This document shows, in pieces, positions 26,840 to 36,990 of a stretch of DNA of 64,000 nucleotides. The stretch spans positions 128,343 through 192,342 of the forward strand of contig JBAZTA010000004.1 in the NCBI GenBank assembly GCA_041662125.1. The letters run 5' to 3'. Positions within the stretch are counted from its first letter, which is position 1; each line of letters begins with the position of its first letter. The DNA comes from Candidatus Omnitrophota bacterium (GTDB taxonomy: Bacteria; Omnitrophota; Gorgyraeia; Gygaellales; Profunditerraquicolaceae). Position numbers and translations under genes: made by a program. The notes beneath the pieces were generated by a model that was not told where the DNA came from, did not search any database, and saw only the letters and a program-made list of their open reading frames with translations.

Positions 26840-28150
26840 CTAATAATCCCATTCTCTGTATTTTTTCCTTAGTTGATAGCAAAAGGAAAACCAGTAAGTT
26901 AGGCTCACCAGCGTGTCTTTGAAGAAGAATTTAAAATAATTATCGCATTCTATTTTCTTTCTCCCGGAGAAATATACTGCGTAATAGTGTTTAAGCATTT
27001 CAGAAATGCCCGGCAACCGTCTAGTTTTTCTGGAACGTAACGCCCATCGTTTAAACGCCGCTTTCGGCAGAGAAAACAAATATAAAATAAATACAAAAAT
27101 GTCCTGCATAGGATAAACGAAGATAACATTCGTCTCGTCTACGGCTTCCGGCACTTCCACCGCGGTATTACGGAAAAGAGACAGCGATATCAACGGCCTG
27201 TTAACGCCCATTCTCATTTCTGTCCAGGTACCCCTGCCGATACGCACGTTTATTTCCATCAATTTGTGTGCGCCGCAGCGCGAGTCAATTTTGAACTGGG
27301 CATGAGCATACCCAAAGTAATTCTTATCTCGCAGAAGCGAAACAACTTTTTCATAACAGGGGGGGAACCCTGCCTTGGTATGCACTATCCCGCAGCTCTG
27401 ATGAATAATCAGTTGCGGCCTTCGGCATCCGGAACAGGAAGCAAATAATACGGTGCCGTCCCGTTTCATATAGACACGCAAGTTCACGATTGTATCCCCG
27501 GGGATGTATTCCTGCACCACGAACTTATGTAAATTACTCCTGTTGGCCTCCAGCCATCTTTTCCATCCGCTTTCCTCGTTAACGAAGAAAACGCCCCGGG
27601 AAGCGTTTCCGAACCGCGGTTTAATTATGGCGACAGGCTCAGTGCTGTTTTCTTCTCGCAAGGGCAGTTCTTTTATTTCGGATGCAAGGAAAGTCTTAGG
27701 ATGCGGGATACCTTTTGACTCTGCCAACCGTATTACCTCGAACTTATCCGCAACAGTTTTCAATATTTCGAATTCATTGATAGGAATAAAAACGCCTTTT
27801 TCGGCGAATGCCTTCTTGTGTTTAGATAGAAGGAAGACCTGGTCGTCATCAGTGGGGTAAATCAGATCTATACGCTCGCGCTCGCAGATGTCCATAATTT
27901 CATCTATATATTCTTTCTCCGGGCCAGCCTGGTAACTTTTGCCCAGGATCATTTCCAGGGCTCCGGAAGGCCTGGCGGATTTCAATTGGTAGGTTTTCGT
28001 AACCAACCTTGAATGCGCGGCAGGCGAAAAAAGCGAAGGCAACCTTCCCATCCGCGGGACAGTAATAATAATTTTTCCACAGAGATCATGCAGGGCTCGT
28101 ATAATGTCGTAGGACTGCGGAGTGTAAGGGTCGGTTATTAACAGTCTCAT
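26840..28150 (-). CDS. ATP-grasp domain protein (carboxylate-amine ligase-like)
   Basis: Pre-ATP-grasp plus ATP-grasp layout (VAIIKPRFGNASRGVFFV, QEYIPGD). Translationally coupled to the flippase (upstream) and hemA (downstream). Confidence 0.7.
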   Translation of the reverse strand: MRLLITDPYTPQSYDIIRALHDLCGKIIITVPRMGRLPSLFSPAAHSRLVTKTYQLKSARPSGALEMILGKSYQAGPEKEYIDEIMDICERERIDLIYPTDDDQVFLLSKHKKAFAEKGVFIPINEFEILKTVADKFEVIRLAESKGIPHPKTFLASEIKELPLREENSTEPVAIIKPRFGNASRGVFFVNEESGWKRWLEANRSNLHKFVVQEYIPGDTIVNLRVYMKRDGTVLFASCSGCRRPQLIIHQSCGIVHTKAGFPPCYEKVVSLLRDKNYFGYAHAQFKIDSRCGAHKLMEINVRIGRGTWTEMRMGVNRPLISLSLFRNTAVEVPEAVDETNVIFVYPMQDIFVFILYLFSLPKAAFKRWALRSRKTRRLPGISEMLKHYYAVYFSGRKKIECDNYFKFFFKDTLVSLTYWFSFCYQLRKKYREWDY

Positions 28151-29586
28151 GTATTCTGCGCGAGTTTATAGAAAACTTTCGCTTTCTCCCACATATTTAT
28201 ACCCATTATTTTTAACCCCAAGATATATATTACAGTTACGCTTACCATCTTTAATACTAAATATTCCATTTTCTCCGGAAATAACGTATTCAAGGATACA
28301 AGCAGTAATACCATTATTGTTGTGGCGGCAACAATTGGCATAATATTCTTAAGGTAAGTTTTTGGGGCAATTCCAATCAGCCCGCCGGTTTTCAATATTA
28401 TAATTGGGGAGCAAATGATTTCGCTGATAGTAACCGCTGCCGCAACTCCGACGATACCGTAACGCAACCCTAACAATATAAAGATACAATTCACGATACA
28501 ATAAGAAACCGCCCACTGAAAAGATATATCGGGCCTGCCTTTAGCATATACCACCGCCTTAGTTACGCCACGATAAAGAGACTTCAACAGCCCTCGTATA
28601 CAGAGTATTTGCAATAGCAATACGGTAGTAAGCCATTTTTCACCAAAAATAAGGTAAACAAACTCTTTAGCGTTAATACAGATCACAAGATATAACGGGA
28701 AACTCAACAAGGCCGCACTCTGCACAGTTTTTAAATAAATTTCTTTTAATAAATTATCTTCATTATGGATGCGGCTTAAAAAAGGGAAAAGTACTTTAAA
28801 AAATATCGGAGCAATATAATCGTTAAAATAATGGGTTATGGAAAAAGCAAGGAAGTAATATCCTAGGGAAAGGGCCCCCAAAAATTTGCCGATAACCAGA
28901 TAATCCAGGTTTTCATTGATATAATAAAATAGTCCGGTGCCAAAAGTATTTTTCCCGAACGAAACCATTTTTTTTAGTTCGTCGATTTTAAAAGAGAAAA
29001 ACGGCTTCCAATGGCAAAGACGCAAGCCCGCGAAACATCTTATCAGGCTCTTAAATAATAGTGCCCAAACCAGGCTCCAAACTCCGCAATTAAGAAATGC
29101 TAGTATTACGCCAACCAAGCCATATGCGATAATGCCTCCTAATTGCGGAATTGCCGCCCGTTTATATTCTAATTTTTTATTAATAAGTGCTTCAAAAATG
29201 TAGCTCAGCGAATCGATAAGAAAGATGGGAGAAAGAACTCGCAGGATAAGAGACAGCAAATGATTATGGAAAAAAGCGGCAACGAGCGGGGCAAGGATAA
29301 TGGTAATAACGCTGAGCAGTAGTCCCGCGGCAGCATATGTCAAAAAAGCGGTAGAGATGTCGTCTTCCCCTGTATCTAGCTGTACTATTGCCTCCGACAA
29401 TCCGAGGCTTTGATGAATGGTCTGCATGAGTTTTATATAGATATATGCTGTGGCGATAGTTCCAAAATTTTCCGGCAGCAATATTCTTGCCAGAATAATT
29501 GTAGATAATAACTGCAATGCGTGAGAAAATAATTCTCCCAATGTTATCCAGGTAAATCCTTGAACGATTTTCTGCCGTAATTTCAT
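28147..29586 (-). CDS. Polysaccharide/oligosaccharide flippase (Wzx-like, MOP superfamily)
   Basis: Twelve to fourteen predicted TM helices; ATGA overlap with the downstream gene. Confidence 0.8.
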   Translation of the reverse strand: MKLRQKIVQGFTWITLGELFSHALQLLSTIILARILLPENFGTIATAYIYIKLMQTIHQSLGLSEAIVQLDTGEDDISTAFLTYAAAGLLLSVITIILAPLVAAFFHNHLLSLILRVLSPIFLIDSLSYIFEALINKKLEYKRAAIPQLGGIIAYGLVGVILAFLNCGVWSLVWALLFKSLIRCFAGLRLCHWKPFFSFKIDELKKMVSFGKNTFGTGLFYYINENLDYLVIGKFLGALSLGYYFLAFSITHYFNDYIAPIFFKVLFPFLSRIHNEDNLLKEIYLKTVQSAALLSFPLYLVICINAKEFVYLIFGEKWLTTVLLLQILCIRGLLKSLYRGVTKAVVYAKGRPDISFQWAVSYCIVNCIFILLGLRYGIVGVAAAVTISEIICSPIIILKTGGLIGIAPKTYLKNIMPIVAATTIMVLLLVSLNTLFPEKMEYLVLKMVSVTVIYILGLKIMGINMWEKAKVFYKLAQNT

Positions 29587-29607
29587 AGGAATAGAGTAAT
29601 TATAGAT

Positions 29608-30576
29608 TTAACGTTTAAAAATGGCTGCAAGTATTCTTCCCGACACTCTTTCTCTTGTTCGAAGGTGGATGTCTAAAATGTTTTTTAAACCGAACCAAAA
29701 TAAACCAGCTATTATCCCGAGCCAGTAAAAAAAAGCTATTGAGGTTAGAAACACTAAAGCAACAATGCGTAGAGATATTCCAACATCTAACTGTCTTATG
29801 ATTTGTAACCCCCAAGTTTTTTCTTGGCCCGTGGAATTCTTGACAATGCTGTTTTTAATTAATGAATAGGCTTGTCCAGCACCCTGAAGAAATGACCCTT
29901 GCAGGTAAGATAAGGCTGTTTTGTCCTGGGGCATATGCGATACCGAAAGTTCAGAAATAAAATAAAGTTTCCCTCCATGCTTTATTATCCGGTCGTTTAA
30001 TTCTGTCTCGGAACTTCCATAAGAAAGCCGGTCATCGAAATAGCCATACTTCAGGAATACTTCTTTTCGATAACCGCTTGCTCCTCCCACAAGGGCAGCC
30101 GTTCGATTATCGCCGATCATATTCTGTCTAAGGTAAAAATTATCCAGCTCATTGCGACAGATAACAAAAATATTGTATTTTTTGGTCAAGATGTATCCTC
30201 CACCTAAAGCCATCGCTTCGATATGCAATTGAAAGGCCTTATAAGCTCTCATTAACCAATACTTGTCAGGCAATGCGCAGTCATCATCAAGAAAAAATAG
30301 TATTTCTCCCTTTGCAATCTTTATCCCGGCATTCCTTGTGGCGTTCGCTCCCGGAGAACCGTCCCGGGCAGAAATTACCCGGACCCTTTCTGAATACGTT
30401 TTCTGCCTGAGCCATTTCTCTGTGCGTGCGTCGCATTTATCCACGCTGACTATAATTTCGAACCCCCGTTGCTGTAACTCAATCTCTTGATTTAGGATTG
30501 AATCAAGACAGCATTTAAGCATCGCCGGCCTGTTGCAGGTAGGGATAATAATGGATATATATGGTTGACTGTTCAT
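29608..30576 (-). CDS. Glycosyltransferase family 2
   Basis: ISIIIPTCNRPAMLKCCLDSILNQ ... FFLDDDC (DxD); C-terminal TM. Confidence 0.85.
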   Translation of the reverse strand: MNSQPYISIIIPTCNRPAMLKCCLDSILNQEIELQQRGFEIIVSVDKCDARTEKWLRQKTYSERVRVISARDGSPGANATRNAGIKIAKGEILFFLDDDCALPDKYWLMRAYKAFQLHIEAMALGGGYILTKKYNIFVICRNELDNFYLRQNMIGDNRTAALVGGASGYRKEVFLKYGYFDDRLSYGSSETELNDRIIKHGGKLYFISELSVSHMPQDKTALSYLQGSFLQGAGQAYSLIKNSIVKNSTGQEKTWGLQIIRQLDVGISLRIVALVFLTSIAFFYWLGIIAGLFWFGLKNILDIHLRTRERVSGRILAAIFKR

Positions 30577-30582
30577 TCTACG

Positions 30583-31515
30583 CTACACAAAAATATCTGG
30601 CTTCATGCGTTTATTCGCTGCCAGGTATATTGTTTTATTCCTTAGCCATTCTCCTCTGATAATTAATGTGACATTTAAAATAAACTGTCGGGTATACTCC
30701 CATGATTGTAAACATCTAAAAAAGACCAATATGATCCGGGGAGAGAACAGGTTTAATATGGGCCGCTTAATAAGCAAAGTTCCCCAATTACCAAATACCC
30801 TGTGGCCGCCCTTGAGAAATCCCAATGCATAACGTTTTTGGCAGAAGTAAAAGTTTTCTCTGCGGAAATAATCTTTACCCCGATAATGCGTGATTCTTAT
30901 TTTGGGATTAAAAATAATAGTTTTTCCTGCTCTGATAATAGTATAATTAAATAGGCTGTCTTCAAACCCGATTTCTTTATAGTCTTCCGGGAATAAGTAA
31001 TTTACAACCTCGCATTTTTTATAAGCAATATTACAGGCGGGAATATTATTTACCCGTCGCGCCTTTCCCGCCGGGAACCACGAGGAAAATTCCAAGATAT
31101 ATGATGCCCAGGCAAGGCCCGAATCTGTTCCGTTAATAATGCTTCCGCCTACGGCAGTGGCGTCCGGATATCGTTTGAACGTCCGCGCTATTTCCTTTAG
31201 CCAGTTGTTGTCGGGGCAGCAATCGTCGTCTATAAATGCCAGATATTCTCCATTTGCCGACTGAATACCGGTATTTCTTGCCGCCGCTTGTCCAAGATTT
31301 ACACGCTGTCTTATATAATGCACTCGCGGACTAGAAGAACGCAGGTAACCTTCGCAAACGTATTCCGCGCCGTCCGTAGAGCAATCGTCAATAATAATAA
31401 TTTCGTAAATATTTTTCGGGTAATCCAAGCGTATAAGCGCGTCAAGACACCTGCTTAACAGCTCCTTGCGGTTAAAGGTGGGAATTACAATGCTTATCGT
31501 CGGCCAGTTTAACAT
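30583..31515 (-). CDS. Glycosyltransferase family 2
   Basis: ISIVIPTFNRKELLSRCLDAL ... AFIDDDC. Confidence 0.85.
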   Translation of the reverse strand: MLNWPTISIVIPTFNRKELLSRCLDALIRLDYPKNIYEIIIIDDCSTDGAEYVCEGYLRSSSPRVHYIRQRVNLGQAAARNTGIQSANGEYLAFIDDDCCPDNNWLKEIARTFKRYPDATAVGGSIINGTDSGLAWASYILEFSSWFPAGKARRVNNIPACNIAYKKCEVVNYLFPEDYKEIGFEDSLFNYTIIRAGKTIIFNPKIRITHYRGKDYFRRENFYFCQKRYALGFLKGGHRVFGNWGTLLIKRPILNLFSPRIILVFFRCLQSWEYTRQFILNVTLIIRGEWLRNKTIYLAANKRMKPDIFV

Positions 31516-31516
31516 A

Positions 31517-32929
31517 TTACATCATCTTTCTGATTTCTTTCTGTATCAGATGTTGCCTTAAGGAAGAAAGGACTGTCTGAATATGCATAATAAGAATACT
31601 TTTTAAAACCGATATAATGTCAGAAATGGATGAGGTTCTTAAACAGAAATTAAGCGTTAAGCGTATGAGCCTGCGCTGTACACGAAGCAGCCCTTTTCTT
31701 CCCTCCTTGCGATAAATATATTTCGGGGCAGGCCAAGGCGTAAGCCAGAAACCGTCATTAATAATCCCTTCCGCTTTGGCTTGTTCATAAATGTTTGTTC
31801 CTGGAAAAATAACTAATGTATATATTCTGATTTGATTGGGCCGCATATCATGAATTATCCCCATTGTATCATTAATATCATTTTTCGTCTCTTCCGGCCA
31901 ACCGATAATAATATTAATCCTCGTTTTTATCTCCAGTTTCTTTGAATAATTTACCGCCTTTTTTAATATCTCCAGAGACGGATTACGTCCGGCATTTTTC
32001 AGGATATTCAGCGAGCCGGATTCCATGCCGAATGTAATTCCTCTTAAACCGGCCATCTTCAGTTTCTTTAAAATACCGTAATTTACATATTCCGCTCTTG
32101 TTTGGAAAGCAAAACTCATCTTCAAGTCTTCCTTGAGTATCTTTTCACAAAACTCATCTGCCAGGGCAGGATCAGAACCAAAGGCAGCGTCGCTGAAATA
32201 GATGGCCCGGGCATTAAACCTGTATTTTAAATACTTTAATTCTTCAATTATATTATCCACTCTTCGGCTGCGGGTTCGGTACCCATGAAAATTAGCTCCG
32301 CTGCAGTAGGAACATTTAAAAACGCATCCCCGCGAAGCCATTACAGAAAAATAGTTTGCTTTCCTTAGAAGCGTAATCGGGATATCATCATAGCAGGGGA
32401 AAGGGAGCGAATCAAGGTCTTGGATTATTTCTCCCGGAACGCCTTCCAGAACTTTTCCGCGGGAATCCCTGCAAACAAGTCCGGGTATTTTATTTGTTGC
32501 CTCGCCGCACTTTAGTGTTTCAAGAAGTTTCAGCAATGTTAGCTCGCCCTCGCCCCTCACGATATAATCAATAAAGGGGTAATTTTCCATTAACTGCCGG
32601 TACATAAAGGTAGGGTGATATCCGCCCAAGATTACTTTTATCAGGGGATTGTATTGTTTTATTAAGGATGTGATTGCTAAAGCCTGAATCCTGTCCGCAG
32701 TCAGACTGCTGATGCCTACAATGTCTGGCTTTAAGTCGGAGAGGGCCGAAAATACCTCTTTTTTATCAAAAGCTGAAAACCGCCTTAAAAAAGTACGCGG
32801 ATAGCCGTTTTGTTTAAGATATGCCTGCAGATACATTAAACCCAACGGAACAGGGTAACTGCTTTTTCTATACCAAGCATGCTTGCTGAAATCAAAGGGA
32901 TCAACCAGTAAAACTTTTAAATCGCTCAT
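31517..32929 (-). CDS. B12-binding domain radical SAM protein (class B rSAM)
   Basis: N-terminal cobalamin-binding Rossmann region (KVLLVDP..., GGYHPT) and radical-SAM CxxxCxxC (RGCVFKCSYCSG). Start chosen at MSDLKVLLVDP (32929); the ORF-track start at 33013 would overlap the upstream GT2. Confidence 0.85.
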   Translation of the reverse strand: MSDLKVLLVDPFDFSKHAWYRKSSYPVPLGLMYLQAYLKQNGYPRTFLRRFSAFDKKEVFSALSDLKPDIVGISSLTADRIQALAITSLIKQYNPLIKVILGGYHPTFMYRQLMENYPFIDYIVRGEGELTLLKLLETLKCGEATNKIPGLVCRDSRGKVLEGVPGEIIQDLDSLPFPCYDDIPITLLRKANYFSVMASRGCVFKCSYCSGANFHGYRTRSRRVDNIIEELKYLKYRFNARAIYFSDAAFGSDPALADEFCEKILKEDLKMSFAFQTRAEYVNYGILKKLKMAGLRGITFGMESGSLNILKNAGRNPSLEILKKAVNYSKKLEIKTRINIIIGWPEETKNDINDTMGIIHDMRPNQIRIYTLVIFPGTNIYEQAKAEGIINDGFWLTPWPAPKYIYRKEGRKGLLRVQRRLIRLTLNFCLRTSSISDIISVLKSILIMHIQTVLSSLRQHLIQKEIRKMM

Positions 32930-32981
32930 AATAAGCGTTTGCCTATAATTTTGGTTTTCATGTAATTTTCGTTCATCCTGC

Positions 32982-34007
32982 CTAGGCACCTTTTTGCGCA
33001 AGGATAGAAACATTCCTTGTCCAGCCGAACAGCGGTTTGATAAGCTCTATAACGAATCCTGCTCCATACATCAGGTGGATTGTTGGGAATAATATAAGGG
33101 ATATGGGTAATAATCTTATTTTTCTTTCTAACCATGTATATTTTAAAGAATTATATGCGCAAGGCAGCAGATATATGAAAAGAGTGACCTGTAAATATAG
33201 CGGACGGTATAGGAGAAGGGAGAGTAGATAAATAAGGAAAATGGCCGGCATAAAGTAGATAATGCTATAGGCGCCTGGATAATTCCGTATTGTTTGGTAT
33301 CTCCCCGCTCCGTAAGTAAAAATCTGGCGACAAAATTCGATATAACTTTTTCTGCGTTCATGATAGATAATTAAATCCGGAATATACATAGCTCTGTGGC
33401 CTTTAGCCATCAATTTTCTCAGTAGCAGATTCTCTTCACCGGCAATAACCGAACTATCAAATAAATTGTCTCCATGTTTAAAAATGCTTCTACGGAAAAT
33501 AAGGTTGCAAAGAATCAGCGTTCGCTCATCAGCGGATACTGCCTTGGGGAACTTGTAATAACGCCTGCTCATCCATAATGTAGCAAAGAAAGAACCCAAA
33601 ACGTACCCTTGAGCGGTTTTAAACAGATTACTTCCAGGTGGAGTCAGATTTGGGCCGCCTAAGATATCGACCTGAGGATACCTGTCAATGTTTTCCAAGG
33701 CTACGGACAATGTATCTAAGGGTAGTATTATGTCATCATCCAGGAAATAGACGAACTCGGACTGTGACTCTTGCAAGAGGGTATTTCGAGCCTGCCCGCG
33801 CCCAAGCCTTGCCGATTTTATAAAGTTGATATTATTATATTTTGTGTGGTAGAACTCGAGGATCTTTTCAGTACTATGACTGGCGTCATTCGCCAAAATT
33901 AACGCCTGTACGTCTGCAAAATACCTGCAGGAAACCAGGTTTTTTAAATAACTCTCCAGGGTTTCTTCTCTCCCACAGGTTACGGTTAGAATGGTCAGCT
34001 TATTCAT
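32982..34007 (-). CDS. Glycosyltransferase family 2 with C-terminal TM anchor
   Basis: LTILTVTCGREETLESYL ... FLDDDI. ATG at 34007 forms an ATGA overlap with the upstream rSAM stop. Confidence 0.85.
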   Translation of the reverse strand: MNKLTILTVTCGREETLESYLKNLVSCRYFADVQALILANDASHSTEKILEFYHTKYNNINFIKSARLGRGQARNTLLQESQSEFVYFLDDDIILPLDTLSVALENIDRYPQVDILGGPNLTPPGSNLFKTAQGYVLGSFFATLWMSRRYYKFPKAVSADERTLILCNLIFRRSIFKHGDNLFDSSVIAGEENLLLRKLMAKGHRAMYIPDLIIYHERRKSYIEFCRQIFTYGAGRYQTIRNYPGAYSIIYFMPAIFLIYLLSLLLYRPLYLQVTLFIYLLPCAYNSLKYTWLERKIRLLPISLILFPTIHLMYGAGFVIELIKPLFGWTRNVSILAQKGA

Positions 34008-35542
34008 AACGCACAAGAATCCCTATTTTGGGTGAGCAGGCGTTTAGCCGCAACTGAATGTTGCTGGAAAGCGCCATAAAAATACTGGTCTCTTTCAAAA
34101 CGTTCTTTGTGACGGCTAAAGATTCCGATAAATTTAATACCGCACATAAGCAGGACGCATTGGACCAGCCAGGATTTAAAAAAAAGGAAGGAAACATTGT
34201 ATTCATGGTAATTGAGGCCAAAAACTTTCTTTTCCTGCACTTTGGCGGTCCCGTAATATGACTTATAGTCGTGGTTTTCAGTTAGGCGGTCTATTCTTGA
34301 AAGGAGAAAGCGGGCCGCTCCCGCGCTTTTGAAAAGATTCCGATGTTTCGCTATAAAAGACAATAATTTTATTATATCTCTTGGGGTTTCGCCGGGATGG
34401 CCGATCATAAACATTAAATGATTCCATATCCCTGCTTTGTGGGATGCGTGTAAGGCATGTAAAGTTGAATCAAGCTCGACCTGTTTATTCATTTTACGCA
34501 GCCCTGCTTCGCTTAAAGTTTCAATGCCCCAGCGTAATTGGATGCACCCGGCTTCTTTTAGCAGTTGAAAGTAATCTGGGGGAGCGTCTTCCGGTATAAA
34601 ATAAGCGGACCAAAAAATGCCGAGTTTGCGGCGTATGAACTCTTCGCAAAGCTGGATGGAGAATTTTCTGTCAATATTGATTGCGTTATCCACAAATAAG
34701 AAGCAAGAGGTTTTATGTCGTATTTTGAAGCGTTCAATTTCGTCAGCGATAATTTTAGGTTCCTTGAAATATAACGGTTTTCTGCCGGTAATACAGAAAG
34801 AACAGTTGTTCCTGCATCCCTTGCTGGTTTCATACGGTAGTATTATATTGCTTTCCCTGCGGTAAAGATGAAAAGGCAAATCTTTGAAATCAGGCTCCAT
34901 ACTATCCGCATAATGAGTGGCCGGTGGGTTAATATTTATGCAGTCTCCCGTTCTATATAAAAGGTTTTCTATATTTTGCAACGGTTCACCGCCAATAAGC
35001 TTATCCAAGGGTATTTCCCCCTCGCCTGCGATTATGTAATCAATAAAAGGGTAACGCTTTAGAAGTGAATCCATCCGGAGCGTTAAGAAATTACCTCCTA
35101 GGAGGGTGAACAATCCGTATTTTTCTTTAAGGTATTTGGCAAAACAGAGGCTGGTAGCCAGCTGGCTTTCGCTCATTACGGAAAAGCCTACATGCGTAAA
35201 AGTGGAAGGAGGTTCTACTGTTAACTCTTCCCACTCAGAGAGGATTTTCTGCATACGGCTTTTCAGTATATTAGACTCAAGGTAAGCGCTTACGAGTGGA
35301 GTATCGAGAAATATGCTTTTGGGGTTATTGTAGCGTAGGGGCAATCTCTTTACCAACGGCCTTAGAATCGCCATTGCGGGTTTGTTTCTATCCCAGTATT
35401 TTATTTCAATATCATCAATTCGTATTTCCTTGCCCGCGCGCCTTAGATATCCGGCAAGCACCGTGATTCCCAGAGGGGGAAAAGGTAACATCTTCTGATT
35501 AGCGGTAGGAAGGTATAAAACAAGAATGCGGTTAGCTGCCAT
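34004..35542 (-). CDS. B12-binding domain radical SAM protein (class B rSAM), second copy
   Basis: N-terminal B12-binding region (RILVLYLP...) and CxxxCxxC (KGCRNNCSFCITG). Confidence 0.85.
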   Translation of the reverse strand: MAANRILVLYLPTANQKMLPFPPLGITVLAGYLRRAGKEIRIDDIEIKYWDRNKPAMAILRPLVKRLPLRYNNPKSIFLDTPLVSAYLESNILKSRMQKILSEWEELTVEPPSTFTHVGFSVMSESQLATSLCFAKYLKEKYGLFTLLGGNFLTLRMDSLLKRYPFIDYIIAGEGEIPLDKLIGGEPLQNIENLLYRTGDCININPPATHYADSMEPDFKDLPFHLYRRESNIILPYETSKGCRNNCSFCITGRKPLYFKEPKIIADEIERFKIRHKTSCFLFVDNAINIDRKFSIQLCEEFIRRKLGIFWSAYFIPEDAPPDYFQLLKEAGCIQLRWGIETLSEAGLRKMNKQVELDSTLHALHASHKAGIWNHLMFMIGHPGETPRDIIKLLSFIAKHRNLFKSAGAARFLLSRIDRLTENHDYKSYYGTAKVQEKKVFGLNYHEYNVSFLFFKSWLVQCVLLMCGIKFIGIFSRHKERFERDQYFYGAFQQHSVAAKRLLTQNRDSCAL

Positions 35543-36956
35543 TTTGTATCTTTACAAGCCCACAAACGCTGTCGTTTGTCGCATGTACTTTAAAAAACTT
35601 TCTAAAAAAAGCGAGAATATCAATAAGCTCGACGCTTTTTCCGTCCGGGGACGCCAAATAATAGGGTCGATACAACGTATACATATTATCCGAACGCATT
35701 TTATTATCTGTGGTATCGAGAAAACTTATCTTTTTCTTTTGCGATATATCTTTTTGAATTATCCAGGGTTCTCTGTGCTTTTTATATGAGCCTATTGCCC
35801 GGGTAAAAATCCGTCTGGCGCTTTGCCTCGAGAGGTTTTTAAGCCGATAGACTCTTTGGCCCCCCCAATTTACTTGTAGGTCTAGGCCGGCATATTTTAC
35901 GATAAATTCGCGCTGACGGCGCGGCATGTCGATAATATTATCAATGCTATACTGTGCCCCGTCGAATTCATAGGTCGAATTGTCTTCAATAATATATGAT
36001 TCAGGGAATATCGTTCGCTCCTCTTGCGTAAAATATTCTCTATACTGCGCGTGCCAGAGAAGGGCCATTATGACTTTTTGTTCAAAAAAAATATTTGGTG
36101 CAGGTTCTATGTCAACGGTGCCATTTTTATACCTTTGTATGATTTCAAACCAACTGTTGTAGATAATTTTCTGAAGAAAGGGGGTCCACTTAAATGATAT
36201 TTTGCAAGCGCTGCCCCGATGCCAGAACATTCTTCTGGGGGATATAAGCAGCAGGGTAAAGGAGGAAAGGTCCTGGAGATTCTGCGGCTTGCGATTATGT
36301 ATAATTCCCGGGGAAAAGTATCTTCTGATTTTTATTAATGAATTACCAAAAAGTTCTTTCAACAGATAGTCTATTTCAGGCGCGCAAGTGTAGCCTTTCT
36401 CATCAACACATACAGCCGCCGGTTTCGGCAGCATCCTGTTTTTAAAACAAGACAAATGATTATGCAGGTTTTCAAAAGAGAACGTGCTGCAAGGGGGATG
36501 TGTCTTTTCCATTGTTTTCCTGAAGGCCCACAAATACCCTAATCCCCGTAACCCCGCATGGAATTCGCTGAATTGAACTGAGTCCGGGGAATCTCCCCGG
36601 AAGATAATTGGCAAACAGCGTCTTCCGGAGCAAATTAATTCCCGGTGAAAATCGCGGATTTCCGGGATACGTAAAATCCCGGTTTCCAAAAGTTCGGTAA
36701 GCTGGTTACTTCCTTTAGAAACCGCGCGGCTATAGAGCGTATTTACTTTATTGAGTATATTATAAAGCAGAAATCCTGAACGCGTAATTTTATCGACTGT
36801 TTCTTTTTTTAACGGGTGATACCCCGCTAAGAGGTTCATCCCTATGCGCCGCGGGTCCTTATATCCCAGGTTTAATTTATTTAACTCATCCTTTGGTAAT
36901 TTGATGCCAGCTACGTCGGTTTCGCTTACCATCGTTTGTTGTACGCAGTTTTCCAT
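35532..36956 (-). CDS. Hypothetical protein (474 aa) conserved within the glycan cluster; no recognised motif
   Basis: Long ORF translationally coupled to the downstream rSAM gene; Cys-rich central part. Confidence 0.55.
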   Translation of the reverse strand: MENCVQQTMVSETDVAGIKLPKDELNKLNLGYKDPRRIGMNLLAGYHPLKKETVDKITRSGFLLYNILNKVNTLYSRAVSKGSNQLTELLETGILRIPEIRDFHRELICSGRRCLPIIFRGDSPDSVQFSEFHAGLRGLGYLWAFRKTMEKTHPPCSTFSFENLHNHLSCFKNRMLPKPAAVCVDEKGYTCAPEIDYLLKELFGNSLIKIRRYFSPGIIHNRKPQNLQDLSSFTLLLISPRRMFWHRGSACKISFKWTPFLQKIIYNSWFEIIQRYKNGTVDIEPAPNIFFEQKVIMALLWHAQYREYFTQEERTIFPESYIIEDNSTYEFDGAQYSIDNIIDMPRRQREFIVKYAGLDLQVNWGGQRVYRLKNLSRQSARRIFTRAIGSYKKHREPWIIQKDISQKKKISFLDTTDNKMRSDNMYTLYRPYYLASPDGKSVELIDILAFFRKFFKVHATNDSVCGLVKIQNGS

Positions 36957-36990
36957 AATAGAATGTTTATATAAGGCAAGGAGCGTCTTT

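Noticed and set aside
35532-36956. Assignment of the 474-aa cluster protein as a circularly permuted ATP-grasp / glutathionylspermidine-synthase-like enzyme
   Set aside because: There is no unambiguous motif match and the resemblance was impressionistic. It is left as hypothetical.
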